DNA of 15,217 nucleotides from Candidatus Thermofontivivens primus (GTDB lineage Bacteria > Sysuimicrobiota > Sysuimicrobiia > Sysuimicrobiales > Thermofontiviventaceae), in assembly GCA_031458695.1 (NCBI GenBank), contig JAVKJW010000009.1:68374-83590 (forward strand). Direction: 5' to 3'. Below the pieces are notes generated by a model. The model ran no database searches and had not been told where the DNA came from. It saw only the letters and a program-made list of their open reading frames with translations. Positions 1-7,889 of this stretch are shown piece after piece. The translations under genes were made by a program, and so were the position numbers. Position 1 is the stretch's first letter. Every line of letters starts with the position of its first letter.

Positions 1-669
1 GTGAGCCTTCTCTGCGTGATTGTCTCCCTTGGCGGCCTGAAGCTGTATGCGGCACAGCCTCCTCCCTATGCGTCAGCCACGTTCCACGCCCAGGATGGGG
101 TTCGCTTGAGGGGGAGAGTATACGGCGAGGGGAAGAGGGTTGTCGTCCTCTCGCACATGTACGGGACGGACATGCGCATCTGGCACGATTTCGCCCTGGA
201 GCTGTCCAAGCACGGCTACCGGGCGCTGACCTATAACTTCCGCCGCACCGGAGCATTTCGTGATTTCTCGATCCTTGGGAAACTCCACCTCGACACCCTT
301 GCTGCCATCGACTTCATGAGGCGAGATAAGCCAGCGAAGCTCTTCCTCATCGGTGCGAGCATGGGTGGGACAGCCTCGCTCGTGGCCGCGGTCCACCGCC
401 ACGTGGACGGGGTGGTGGTCCTCTCCGGCGCGATGAAGTTCTATGGTTTGGATGCGAGGAGTGCCCTCCCTCGCATCACTGCGCCAAAGCTCTTTATTGT
501 CGGGGAATACGACCACCCTTTCTCGGAAAGCGCAAGGAAGATGTACTACATCACCCCTCCCCCGAAGGAGTTGAAGGTATATCCGACGAGAGCGCACGGA
601 ACCCATCTATTTTCCACACCGTACGGTTCCCATATCAAAGCAACAATCCTCCAGTTCCTCTCAAGGTAA
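1..669 (+). CDS. Alpha/beta hydrolase fold protein, probably exported; true start may lie just upstream of the window
   Basis: Nucleophile elbow GASMGG, LSHM after the first strand, acid candidate GEYD and His candidate AHGT. Hydrophobic N-terminus ending LYA-A. Confidence 0.85.
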   Translation: MSLLCVIVSLGGLKLYAAQPPPYASATFHAQDGVRLRGRVYGEGKRVVVLSHMYGTDMRIWHDFALELSKHGYRALTYNFRRTGAFRDFSILGKLHLDTLAAIDFMRRDKPAKLFLIGASMGGTASLVAAVHRHVDGVVVLSGAMKFYGLDARSALPRITAPKLFIVGEYDHPFSESARKMYYITPPPKELKVYPTRAHGTHLFSTPYGSHIKATILQFLSR

Positions 670-685
670 ATTGTTCACCCCCGCT

Positions 686-1636
686 TTATTCAAGAGCGGA
701 CCTGAGCTTCCTGGAGAGGACCATCCATTCTACGGTGACTGTTCCCCCTCTGGTGCGGTAGAATGTCAAAGCTGGGGAGTCGGAATCCATCGGAGCAATG
801 GTCCACACGCTGCCGTACTTCATCCCCCATCCCCGGAGATGATCAAGCGCTGCCCTCAGGAGGGATGTTCCAATCCCTTTCTTTCGATATTCCGGCAACA
901 CGCCAACTCCAAGGACCAGCATCCCTTCCTGGATCCCCGTTTCGGCAACGAAGGACTCGTCTACCCATGGACACGTAACCCCGATGGGACAGCCATCCTG
1001 GACAGCAACAAGGACCCGCCGCCGTTCGGGTTGAGAGAATGCCGCAGAAAACAGATTCTGGACACTCGCCTTCAGCTTCTCCTCGCTGGGCCACAACCAC
1101 GCCCACTCTGGCAAGTAGCTCTGGGCGCAAAGGTTCGTGAGGGCTGGGAGGTCTTCTGGGGAAGCCTCGCGGATCTCCCCCTGTGGAGGAGAGGGGGGAA
1201 GTCCTGGAAGATCCCACACGACTTTGAGGTAGCGAGTTCGTGGGGAGAACCCGAACTTGGCAAAGAACTTCGCATAAGGTTCAAAGGCCCAGCAGACCGC
1301 AAGGACCTCCTCGGCACCTCGCCTGACCAACTCCTGCAGGGCAGCCTCCAGGAGTCGTCCCCCGATCCCTTGCCTTCGGAAGCCCTGGAGTACAACGAAG
1401 TGCGAGAGGATCCCCCGGTTTCCCTTCAGGGAGAAGCTTATGGCACCAATTGGGAGCCCCCCGAGGGAAGCGAGGAACGTCTCCTCTGGAGGAAAATCCC
1501 CGCACATGGGCCAGGCGTGGACGGAACGGATTGTTACTGGGACGTATCCAGGGCATCGGATCTGCGCTTCGTTGAGGAGGTTGATCCATTCTCCGAAGGC
1601 TTCGGGCCCCAGGTGTTGGATGTCAATCTCAAACAC
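686..1636 (-). CDS. Tandem (two-domain) GNAT N-acetyltransferase
   Basis: Two acetyl-CoA motif A copies, VLQGFRRQGIG and VLPEYRKKGIG, followed by FFAKFGF and FYRTRGG. Start moved to GTG 1636, which has AAGGAGG 10 nt upstream. Confidence 0.85.
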   Translation of the reverse strand: MFEIDIQHLGPEAFGEWINLLNEAQIRCPGYVPVTIRSVHAWPMCGDFPPEETFLASLGGLPIGAISFSLKGNRGILSHFVVLQGFRRQGIGGRLLEAALQELVRRGAEEVLAVCWAFEPYAKFFAKFGFSPRTRYLKVVWDLPGLPPSPPQGEIREASPEDLPALTNLCAQSYLPEWAWLWPSEEKLKASVQNLFSAAFSQPERRRVLVAVQDGCPIGVTCPWVDESFVAETGIQEGMLVLGVGVLPEYRKKGIGTSLLRAALDHLRGWGMKYGSVWTIAPMDSDSPALTFYRTRGGTVTVEWMVLSRKLRSALE

Positions 1637-1819
1637 GGGGTTAGTGTCCTCCTTTCCAGCGGGTTTGCACTGGCAAGCCAAGGGTCCTGGCAGAACTTTT
1701 TGACCCTTCCTGGTGCTTCCCTTCTTGGAAGCCCAAAGAGTCCGAGAGGAACGGTAGGATTCCTGAGCGGGGCAGCGTATTTTCTGTACTCCATGGACCT
1801 GCATCGATTGGCTCCGGTT

Positions 1820-3037
1820 ATGCGGAGAGGGGCGCAAGGAATCCTCTTAGTTGCCAGTTTCCTCATGGCCGCCTCCTTCCCAGGGTCTGCGCACGCCCTC
1901 TCTGTGCCCTCTGAGGTAGCCGTTGAGGTATCCGTCACAGGCCGTCCCGCTTCCCCCGAGGTCATTGTGGAAGCCCTCCTCTGGGAGGTCCGCCGGGCCC
2001 TGGGTCTCTCTCCTCTCTTCGAGCCTCGCCTCCTTGCCCTGAGCGGCCTTCAACCCATTCTACCTGGTGAAGAACAAGAAGTCACAGGGGTCATCCGGTT
2101 CGCGGAGCGAGAGGAACGCATCGGAGAGGTGATGGTCCGTGCCTCCGTCCGCAATGAAGGGGTGGAGCTCCAGCCAGTGCAGACGTTGATCGTCAGCAAT
2201 AGCCCAGAGCGGATCCCGCGGCCGGGTGTACTCTTCCCCGAGGTCACCCTCAGCGAGCCGGTGCGGATACTCTTCCACCACAAGAACGGAGCGGCGATCC
2301 CCGTTGATCTGCTGGTGAAGGTCCGGAGCGCAGGACCGAAAGGTTCAAAGATCCACCTCATCGGAGGGGTGGGGAGAGCGGGCAGAGATGAACTCCGGTC
2401 GGGTCACCAGGCAATGCGCACTTATCTTGCGAGGATCGTTCAAGGAACAGGATACTGGGTCTCGCTCCCATCTGGCGAAGAGGTTGCAATCGCTGCGCAG
2501 CGGTTGAACCCAGGACATGTCACAAGCGGCATCCTCCAGTTGCAGATCTCTGGGGACCCTATTCGTCTTTGGGTGGAGGCAGCAGGGGAGGGGGATCCCA
2601 CCCTCCTTGAGGAAGATGGAGTCCACTTCCGGGGGGTGGTGAAAAACCCCACGGTTGTACTTCAGGGGATATACTCCGCTGGCGAGCCTCCTCTCACCTT
2701 CCAGATTGGCGGGCCACCTTTCCTCCAGGAGGAAGTGACGGGGCGTCCTCTCAAGGGGAATTACGGCGTCTTCTATGAAATCCTGGTCACGCTCCTCAAT
2801 CCTTCAGACCGTAGCCGGACGGTTGTCCTCTTTTACCTACCCGTTGGAGGGGCAGCTGGGAGTACGCTTGTCCTCGATGGACAGATCTATGAGATTACCC
2901 CCATCCCGGCCTTCTCCGAGGTTCCCGTGGCCACATTCCTCCTCGGTCCACAGGAACGGCGTACTTTCGTACTTAAAGTATCCCCTCAGGCTGGGTCATG
3001 GTACCCGGTGCGGCTGGAGCTCCGGACAATCCCGTGA
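1820..3037 (+). CDS. Secreted protein of unknown function (about 405 aa); alternative start 1793
   Basis: 3' half of the 671..3037 ORF. Signal peptide MRRGAQGILLVASFLMAASFPGSAHA with an A-x-A cleavage site, beta-rich body with VSNSPE and GNYGVFY motifs. Confidence 0.75.
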   Translation: MRRGAQGILLVASFLMAASFPGSAHALSVPSEVAVEVSVTGRPASPEVIVEALLWEVRRALGLSPLFEPRLLALSGLQPILPGEEQEVTGVIRFAEREERIGEVMVRASVRNEGVELQPVQTLIVSNSPERIPRPGVLFPEVTLSEPVRILFHHKNGAAIPVDLLVKVRSAGPKGSKIHLIGGVGRAGRDELRSGHQAMRTYLARIVQGTGYWVSLPSGEEVAIAAQRLNPGHVTSGILQLQISGDPIRLWVEAAGEGDPTLLEEDGVHFRGVVKNPTVVLQGIYSAGEPPLTFQIGGPPFLQEEVTGRPLKGNYGVFYEILVTLLNPSDRSRTVVLFYLPVGGAAGSTLVLDGQIYEITPIPAFSEVPVATFLLGPQERRTFVLKVSPQAGSWYPVRLELRTIP

Positions 3038-3078
3038 ATGGCACCGTCGAAGAAGCGGGATACCTGCTCAGGTGGGTG

Positions 3079-3168
3079 TGGCGGAGAGGGTGGGATTCGA
3101 ACCCACGAGGGACGCTAGCCCCTACCGGTTTTCAAGACCGGCGCTTTCAACCACTCAGCCACCTCTCC
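3079..3168 (-). tRNA. tRNA-Ser(TGA), 90 nt, long variable arm, encoded CCA
   Basis: Reverse complement reads GGAGAGG TGGCTGAGTGGTTGAAAGCG CCGGT CT-TGA-AA ACCGG ... GTGGGTTCGAATCCCAC CCTCTCC GCCA. Acceptor, anticodon and T stems all pair. Confidence 0.98.
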
Positions 3169-3175
3169 GGTGGGG

Positions 3176-3205
3176 AGTATAGCACCGGGTGGAAAAGGGT
3201 GTCAA
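3176..3205 (-). promoter_or_regulatory. Sigma70-type promoter of tRNA-Ser
   Basis: TTGACA (3200-3205), 18 bp spacer, TATACT (3176-3181) with extended -10 TG, then a C-rich discriminator CCCCACC. Confidence 0.85.
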
Positions 3206-3498
3206 CGCGAGGAATTTCCGGGAATCGTGGAGGGACGGGCTTCTTGGAGGATCGCGGAGACAAGGCATATACCCAACTTGCCGTCTGGCAAGGACACCAC
3301 GATGATGTCTCCGCTCCGCTGAAGGGAAACAAGGGATTCTGTCCAGCCTTCAGCCACAGCATCGAATGGAAGAGAAGTAGGTTCCTCGAAGATCCCCCCG
3401 CAAGACCGGCAGTAATAATAGCCATATTGCTCCACCTTGATGGTGAAGCGGCGGGCGCACCTTGGGCATACAGGCTTTGGCTCCTGGGCGTGTATCAT
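3202..3498 (-). CDS. Small hypothetical protein with N-terminal Zn-ribbon (98 aa)
   Basis: CPRC-x15-CRSC, GAGGG upstream of the ATG, and it fills the gap between the tRNA and zur. Confidence 0.6.
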   Translation of the reverse strand: MIHAQEPKPVCPRCARRFTIKVEQYGYYYCRSCGGIFEEPTSLPFDAVAEGWTESLVSLQRSGDIIVVSLPDGKLGICLVSAILQEARPSTIPGNSSR

Positions 3499-3649
3499 CG
3501 TCCCTCTTCACCATAGGCGGAGCTCCGTCTCGGGGACAAGGGAAGGGCGGCGAACGGTATATTTCCTGCGGTGAGTTGCACAAAAGGGGCGGTGAACGAA
3601 CAATCTGCTGAGGTTTTGGTTGGAGCGGAAGGTTTTTCGAAGCTCAGCA

Positions 3650-3679
3650 TTGACAGGGGGCGGGGGAGGTCGATACACT
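3650..3679 (+). promoter_or_regulatory. Sigma70-type promoter of the zur-znu operon
   Basis: TTGACA (3650-3655), 18 bp spacer, TACACT (3674-3679). Confidence 0.8.
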
Positions 3680-3685
3680 GATATA

Positions 3686-3700
3686 TGAAAATTATTTTCA
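3686..3700. promoter_or_regulatory. Zur/Fur box (7-1-7 palindrome) at the predicted transcription start
   Basis: Perfect TGAAAAT-T-ATTTTCA, an AT-rich island in GC-rich DNA. It resembles the actinobacterial Zur consensus TGAAAATGATTTTCA. Confidence 0.88.
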
Positions 3701-3713
3701 ATAGGTTTCTGTC

Positions 3714-4130
3714 ATGGATGAACTCCGGCAAGAGCTCAAGATACGAGGGTATCGCCTGACCTCTCAGCGTGAAGCTGTCCTCCGGGCAATCTATGAGGGT
3801 GCGTGCACGCAATCCGTGGAGGAGATCCATGAGAGAGCCAAACAGTGGCTCCCTTCCTTAGGGTTGACCACTGTGTATCGGACCCTTGAGTTGCTTAAGC
3901 ACGCCCGGAAGGTTCAAGAGATTTACCTCGGGGACGGCAAAGTCCGGTACGAGCCTATTTTGGAGACACACCACCACCACCTCATCTGCCAGGTCTGCGG
4001 GAAGGTAGAGCCAGTAGAGGGATGCTTCCTGAGCCCGTTTGAGGGGGCGACTCTCGTGCGCAACGGGTTCCAGATCCTCGGGCACCGGCTGGAGCTCTAC
4101 GGGCGCTGCCGTGACTGCCAGGAAGGATAA
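3714..4130 (+). CDS. zur: Fur-family transcriptional repressor, probably Zur
   Basis: RLTSQR, TTVYRTL, HHHHLICQVC and CRDC motifs; first gene of a znuACB-like operon. Confidence 0.9.
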   Translation: MDELRQELKIRGYRLTSQREAVLRAIYEGACTQSVEEIHERAKQWLPSLGLTTVYRTLELLKHARKVQEIYLGDGKVRYEPILETHHHHLICQVCGKVEPVEGCFLSPFEGATLVRNGFQILGHRLELYGRCRDCQEG

Positions 4131-4134
4131 ACTG

Positions 4135-4151
4135 ATGAGAATGATTTTCAT
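4135..4151. promoter_or_regulatory. Second Zur-box-like palindrome overlapping the znuA start codon
   Basis: ATGAGAAT-G-ATTTTCAT is an 8-1-8 inverted repeat with one mismatch, 13/15 identical to the box at 3686. Confidence 0.6.
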
Positions 4152-5037
4152 TTTAGTCCTCGTCAGCCTTGTCGCGGCCGCGCTCTTCATCCTGCCCCTG
4201 CGCGCGAGACCTCCCATCCGCGATGGGGGAAGGATCCCGGTCGCGGCGAGCTTCTATGTTCTCGGGGAGTTTGCGCGCGCCGTTGGCGGGGAACGCGTGG
4301 AAGTCACCACGCTCATCCCTGCAGGGGGCGAGCCGCATGAGTGGGAGCCTTCTCCCCGGGCCGTCGCAGAGGTGCGCAGGGCAGCGCTCTTCATCTACCA
4401 CGGGATGGGGCTCGATCCGTGGGCGGAGCGGCTCGCCGCTACACTCCCCCGATCGAAGGTACTCAATGCGACAGATGGCCTCCCCCTTTCCCGCAAAGCG
4501 GATGGGCAACTGGACCCCCACGTCTGGCTCGATCCACTCCTCGCCCAGGAGATGGTGCAGAAGATCGCCGCCGCCCTCAATCGGATCGATCCACTTGGAA
4601 GGGAGCAGTATGAAGCAAACAAGGAGAGCTACGCGCGGCAGCTGCGGAATCTGGACAGTGCATACCGAAATTCCCTCCGTAGCTGCCGAATCCGTGCCGT
4701 TCTGACGACCCATGCGTTCCTGGACTATCTGGCCAGGCGCTATGGTTTCCAGGCAATCGCCATCGGAGGCTTCTCCCCCGAAGGTGAGCCATCCCCAGCG
4801 CGCATGAAGGAACTCGTCGGTCTCGCACGGAAGATGCGCGTTCGCGCGGTCCTCACCGAGACGCTTGTAAGCCTGCGGGCTGCCGAGGTCCTGGCCAGGG
4901 AGGTGGGAGCGAAGGTCCTGCGGTTCAACCCTCTTGAGGGGCTCACTCTGGAGGAAGAAGCGCGGGGGGAGAGTTATCTGACCATCATGAAGAAGAACCT
5001 CGCGGTACTGCGAGAAGCCCTGGGGTGTGAACCATGA
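4135..5037 (+). CDS. znuA: Zn/Mn ABC transporter substrate-binding protein (ZnuA/AdcA/TroA family)
   Basis: EPHEWEP, DPHVWLDP, TTHAFLDYLARRYG and NPLE motifs. Start set at ATG 4135 (after GGAAGGA), followed by a hydrophobic signal segment. Confidence 0.9.
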   Translation: MRMIFILVLVSLVAAALFILPLRARPPIRDGGRIPVAASFYVLGEFARAVGGERVEVTTLIPAGGEPHEWEPSPRAVAEVRRAALFIYHGMGLDPWAERLAATLPRSKVLNATDGLPLSRKADGQLDPHVWLDPLLAQEMVQKIAAALNRIDPLGREQYEANKESYARQLRNLDSAYRNSLRSCRIRAVLTTHAFLDYLARRYGFQAIAIGGFSPEGEPSPARMKELVGLARKMRVRAVLTETLVSLRAAEVLAREVGAKVLRFNPLEGLTLEEEARGESYLTIMKKNLAVLREALGCEP

Positions 5038-5783
5038 GCGCAAGGCCTGTGGTGGAGCTCGCGGGTGTTTGCTACGAATACGACGGGGAACGGGTCCTCG
5101 ACGACGTCACCCTGACTATAGAGGAAGGGGACTTCCTCGGGATCATCGGGCCGAACGGGGCAGGAAAGACAACCCTCCTCAAAGTCATGCTAGGGCTCCT
5201 GCGCCCTTCGTGCGGGACTGTTCGCTTGTTCGGCACCGATGTGTCCAGGTTCCAGGAGTGGTGGCGCATCGGTTATCTTCCCCAGGGAACAGCTTTCGAC
5301 CCACGTTTTCCGGCCACCGTGGAGGAGGTCGTGGCGAGCGGCCGGGTGAGCCGTCAGGGGGTGGGGCGGTTGTTCACCCAGGCGGACCGGGAGGCTGTTG
5401 AGCATGTCCTGGAGCTCTTGGGATTGCTCGACGAGCGGAACCGCCGCATTGGCCACCTCTCTTTAGGCCAGCAACAACGTGTGCTCATCGCACGCGCTCT
5501 CGTGAATCATCCCGACTTGATCGTTCTGGACGAGCCACTGGTGGGGGTGGATGCACCTTCCCAGGAACAGTTCTATCGCCTCCTCCATCGCTTGAATCGC
5601 GAGCAGGGGACAACCCTGGTCCTTGTGACACACGACGTGGGAGTGATCGCATCCGAGGTCGCCAAACTTGCCTGCCTCAACCGGCAGCTGATCTACCACG
5701 GATGCCCTGAGGATTTCTTGGAGAGCGAGGCGCTGGCGAAGGTATATCGACCAGGGGTTCGGATCGTTTCCCACACGCATTGA
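5034..5783 (+). CDS. znuC: Metal ABC transporter ATP-binding protein
   Basis: Walker A GPNGAGKT, signature variant LSLGQQQR, Walker B LIVLDEP, H-loop VTHD. ATGA overlap with znuA. Confidence 0.92.
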   Translation: MSARPVVELAGVCYEYDGERVLDDVTLTIEEGDFLGIIGPNGAGKTTLLKVMLGLLRPSCGTVRLFGTDVSRFQEWWRIGYLPQGTAFDPRFPATVEEVVASGRVSRQGVGRLFTQADREAVEHVLELLGLLDERNRRIGHLSLGQQQRVLIARALVNHPDLIVLDEPLVGVDAPSQEQFYRLLHRLNREQGTTLVLVTHDVGVIASEVAKLACLNRQLIYHGCPEDFLESEALAKVYRPGVRIVSHTH

Positions 5784-5828
5784 CAGGTTGTCGAATGAAC
5801 CGGCCAAAGCGGTAGAAGAGGTGATTGC

Positions 5829-6629
5829 GTGCCGGAGTTCCTCCAATATGGCTTTATGCAAAGGGCTTTCCTTGCTGGCATCATCATCGCTGCCATCGCC
5901 CCCATGATTGGTATCTTCCTTGTCCTGCGTCGCCTTTCCCTCATTGCCGATACCCTCGCCCACGTTGCCCTTGCAGGTGTTGCGGTGGGTTTGCTCGTGG
6001 GTGTCAACCCTGTGCTAGCCGCCCTCCTCGTTGCGGTGCTCGGAGCGATGGGGATCGACCGCCTGCGGGCCACCGGTCGCCTCCCCGGTGAGGTAGCCCT
6101 GGCCCTGTTCCTATCAGGGGGCCTTGCTGTGGCCACGGTTCTCATCAGCCTTGGCCGTGGGTTCACCGTGGGGCTTTTCGGCTATCTCTTCGGGAGTATC
6201 ACCACTGTCACACCTGCCGATCTCTGGCTCGCCCTAGCCCTCGGAGGGACTATCGCCCTCTCTGTCCTGCTCCTGTACAGGGAGTTGTTCGCGATCACCT
6301 TCAACGAAGAGACAGCCCGCATCAGCGGGATCCCTGTGGACTCCATCAACCTCCTGCTTTCCGTGCTCACTGCGCTCACAGTGGTCATAGGGATGCGGTT
6401 GGTGGGCGTTCTGTTGATCAGTGCCCTCCTCGTGATCCCTACTGTCGTGGGAATCCAAGTGGCGCGGAACTTTCGCCAGGCCCTTGGGATTGCCATCCTC
6501 CACTCAGTCAGTTCCGTGATCGTGGGGCTCCTCCTCTCCTACTACCTGGACCTTGCCGCAGGTGGGGCTATCGTCCTATCGGCCCTCGTTCTTTTTGCCC
6601 TCCTCGCATTCGCCCGTCGCGTACTGTAG
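5829..6629 (+). CDS. znuB: Metal ABC transporter permease (ABC-3 family)
   Basis: FMQRAFLAG, DTLAHVALAG and GYLFGSI motifs, many TM segments, GAGGTG SD before the GTG. Confidence 0.92.
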   Translation: MPEFLQYGFMQRAFLAGIIIAAIAPMIGIFLVLRRLSLIADTLAHVALAGVAVGLLVGVNPVLAALLVAVLGAMGIDRLRATGRLPGEVALALFLSGGLAVATVLISLGRGFTVGLFGYLFGSITTVTPADLWLALALGGTIALSVLLLYRELFAITFNEETARISGIPVDSINLLLSVLTALTVVIGMRLVGVLLISALLVIPTVVGIQVARNFRQALGIAILHSVSSVIVGLLLSYYLDLAAGGAIVLSALVLFALLAFARRVL

Positions 6630-6669
6630 GTGAGGTTGCCACTGTTCTACGTTGAACGAAAGCAAGAGG

Positions 6670-6691
6670 ATTCTAGAGTATCGTCTAGAAT
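6670..6691. repeat. Perfect inverted repeat, candidate operator or hairpin upstream of the propeller-Ubl genes
   Basis: ATTCTAGA-GTATCG-TCTAGAAT, extendable with AAGA...TCTT. Confidence 0.6.
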
Positions 6692-6768
6692 GTTCTTTAA
6701 AAACTTCCAAAAGCAAACCGGCGGGCGTTCTATTGTTTGTATTCCACTCATCCAAGGGAGGTTTGAGG

Positions 6769-7887
6769 ATGCAGAGGATTCGCGTATTGGTCGGAACCTG
6801 CAAGGGAGGCTTCATCCTCACCTCAAGCGCTGATCGGCGGCGATGGAGGGTCTCCGGTCCGCTGTTTGAGGGATGGCAGGTCTTCCATATGCAGGCCTCC
6901 CCGAGTGACCCTGACCGTCTCTACGCTTCCCTGTGGACCTCGTGGTCGGGTACGGTTATCCAACGCAGCACGGATGGCGGCCGCACGTGGCAGACCGTGA
7001 GCAACCAATTTCTTTACCAACCTCCGCTCACTTCACACAAAGACCTAGGCGGCGAAAATACACCGTGGGTGTTCAGGAAAGTATGGCACCTGGCACCCCT
7101 GCCAGGCGACGCAGGAGAAAAGGTGCTGGCGGGTGTTGAGGATGCCGCGCTGTTCCATTCTTTCGATGGCGGCGCACGTTGGGAAGAGATCCCAAGCCTG
7201 CGACAACACCCCACCAATCACCTGTGGACGCCGGGGGCGGGTGGGCTGTGCTTGCACACCATCCTGACCGACCCTGTGGACCCTCATCGTTTGTATGTTG
7301 CCATCTCCGCCGCCGGCGCCTTCCGCTCCGACGATACCGGGCATACGTGGCGCCCCATCCATCGCGGCCTTCGTGCCACCTACACGCCCGATCCTGAGCC
7401 GGAGGCAGGATTCTGCGTGCACAAGATGGCGCTGCACCCCGCTAGGCCCCATGTCCTGTTCATGCAGAAACATGGTGGAGTTTATCGCAGCGATAACGCA
7501 GGCGAGATGTGGAAGGATATAAGCGAAGGCCTACCGTCAAACTTTGGTTTTCCCATCGCCGTGCACGCCCATGACCCTGATACCGTCTACATCGTGCCCA
7601 TGACAAGCGATGAGCGCCGTTATCCCATTGATGGGGCACTCAGGGTCTGGCGTAGTAGAGACGGGGGCGGTACTTGGGAGTCGCTTGGAAAGGGCCTGCC
7701 CGACCGGCACTGCTACGTGAACGTTCTGCGCGACGCTATGGCTGTGGACCAGATGGAACCATGCGGAATCTACTTCGGCACAACTGGAGGGCAGATCTAT
7801 GCTTCACGGGATTCTGGCGACACTTGGAAGGCGCTGGTGAAAGATCTCCCGGCGGTGTTTTCGGTCGAGGCACAGACATTGCCATAG
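6769..7887 (+). CDS. BNR/Asp-box repeat beta-propeller protein (often labelled exo-alpha-sialidase-like), cytoplasmic
   Basis: Asp boxes [40 protein letters not shown] and SRDSGDTW. Start ATG 6769 follows AAGGGAGG; no signal peptide. Confidence 0.88.
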   Translation: MQRIRVLVGTCKGGFILTSSADRRRWRVSGPLFEGWQVFHMQASPSDPDRLYASLWTSWSGTVIQRSTDGGRTWQTVSNQFLYQPPLTSHKDLGGENTPWVFRKVWHLAPLPGDAGEKVLAGVEDAALFHSFDGGARWEEIPSLRQHPTNHLWTPGAGGLCLHTILTDPVDPHRLYVAISAAGAFRSDDTGHTWRPIHRGLRATYTPDPEPEAGFCVHKMALHPARPHVLFMQKHGGVYRSDNAGEMWKDISEGLPSNFGFPIAVHAHDPDTVYIVPMTSDERRYPIDGALRVWRSRDGGGTWESLGKGLPDRHCYVNVLRDAMAVDQMEPCGIYFGTTGGQIYASRDSGDTWKALVKDLPAVFSVEAQTLP

Positions 7888-7889
7888 CA

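Noticed and set aside
671..1792. N-terminal 374 codons of the 788 aa plus-strand ORF, as a giant protein or overlapping gene
   Set aside because: Mostly antisense to the GNAT gene with no recognisable motifs, and a clean signal peptide starts at 1820. Stop-free antisense frames are common at high GC.
3038..3100. tRNA-Ser 3' end as an integration site
   Set aside because: No integrase and no duplicated tRNA 3' end noticed in the window.
4153..5043. 296 aa antisense ORF and similar shadow ORFs (73..606, 12660..13418, 13828..14433, 14572..15159)
   Set aside because: Each lies opposite a well-supported gene and has no family motifs.
6769..7887. Calling the propeller a true sialidase
   Set aside because: Asp boxes alone are not diagnostic; there is no N-terminal FRIP motif, signal peptide or sialic acid gene nearby.
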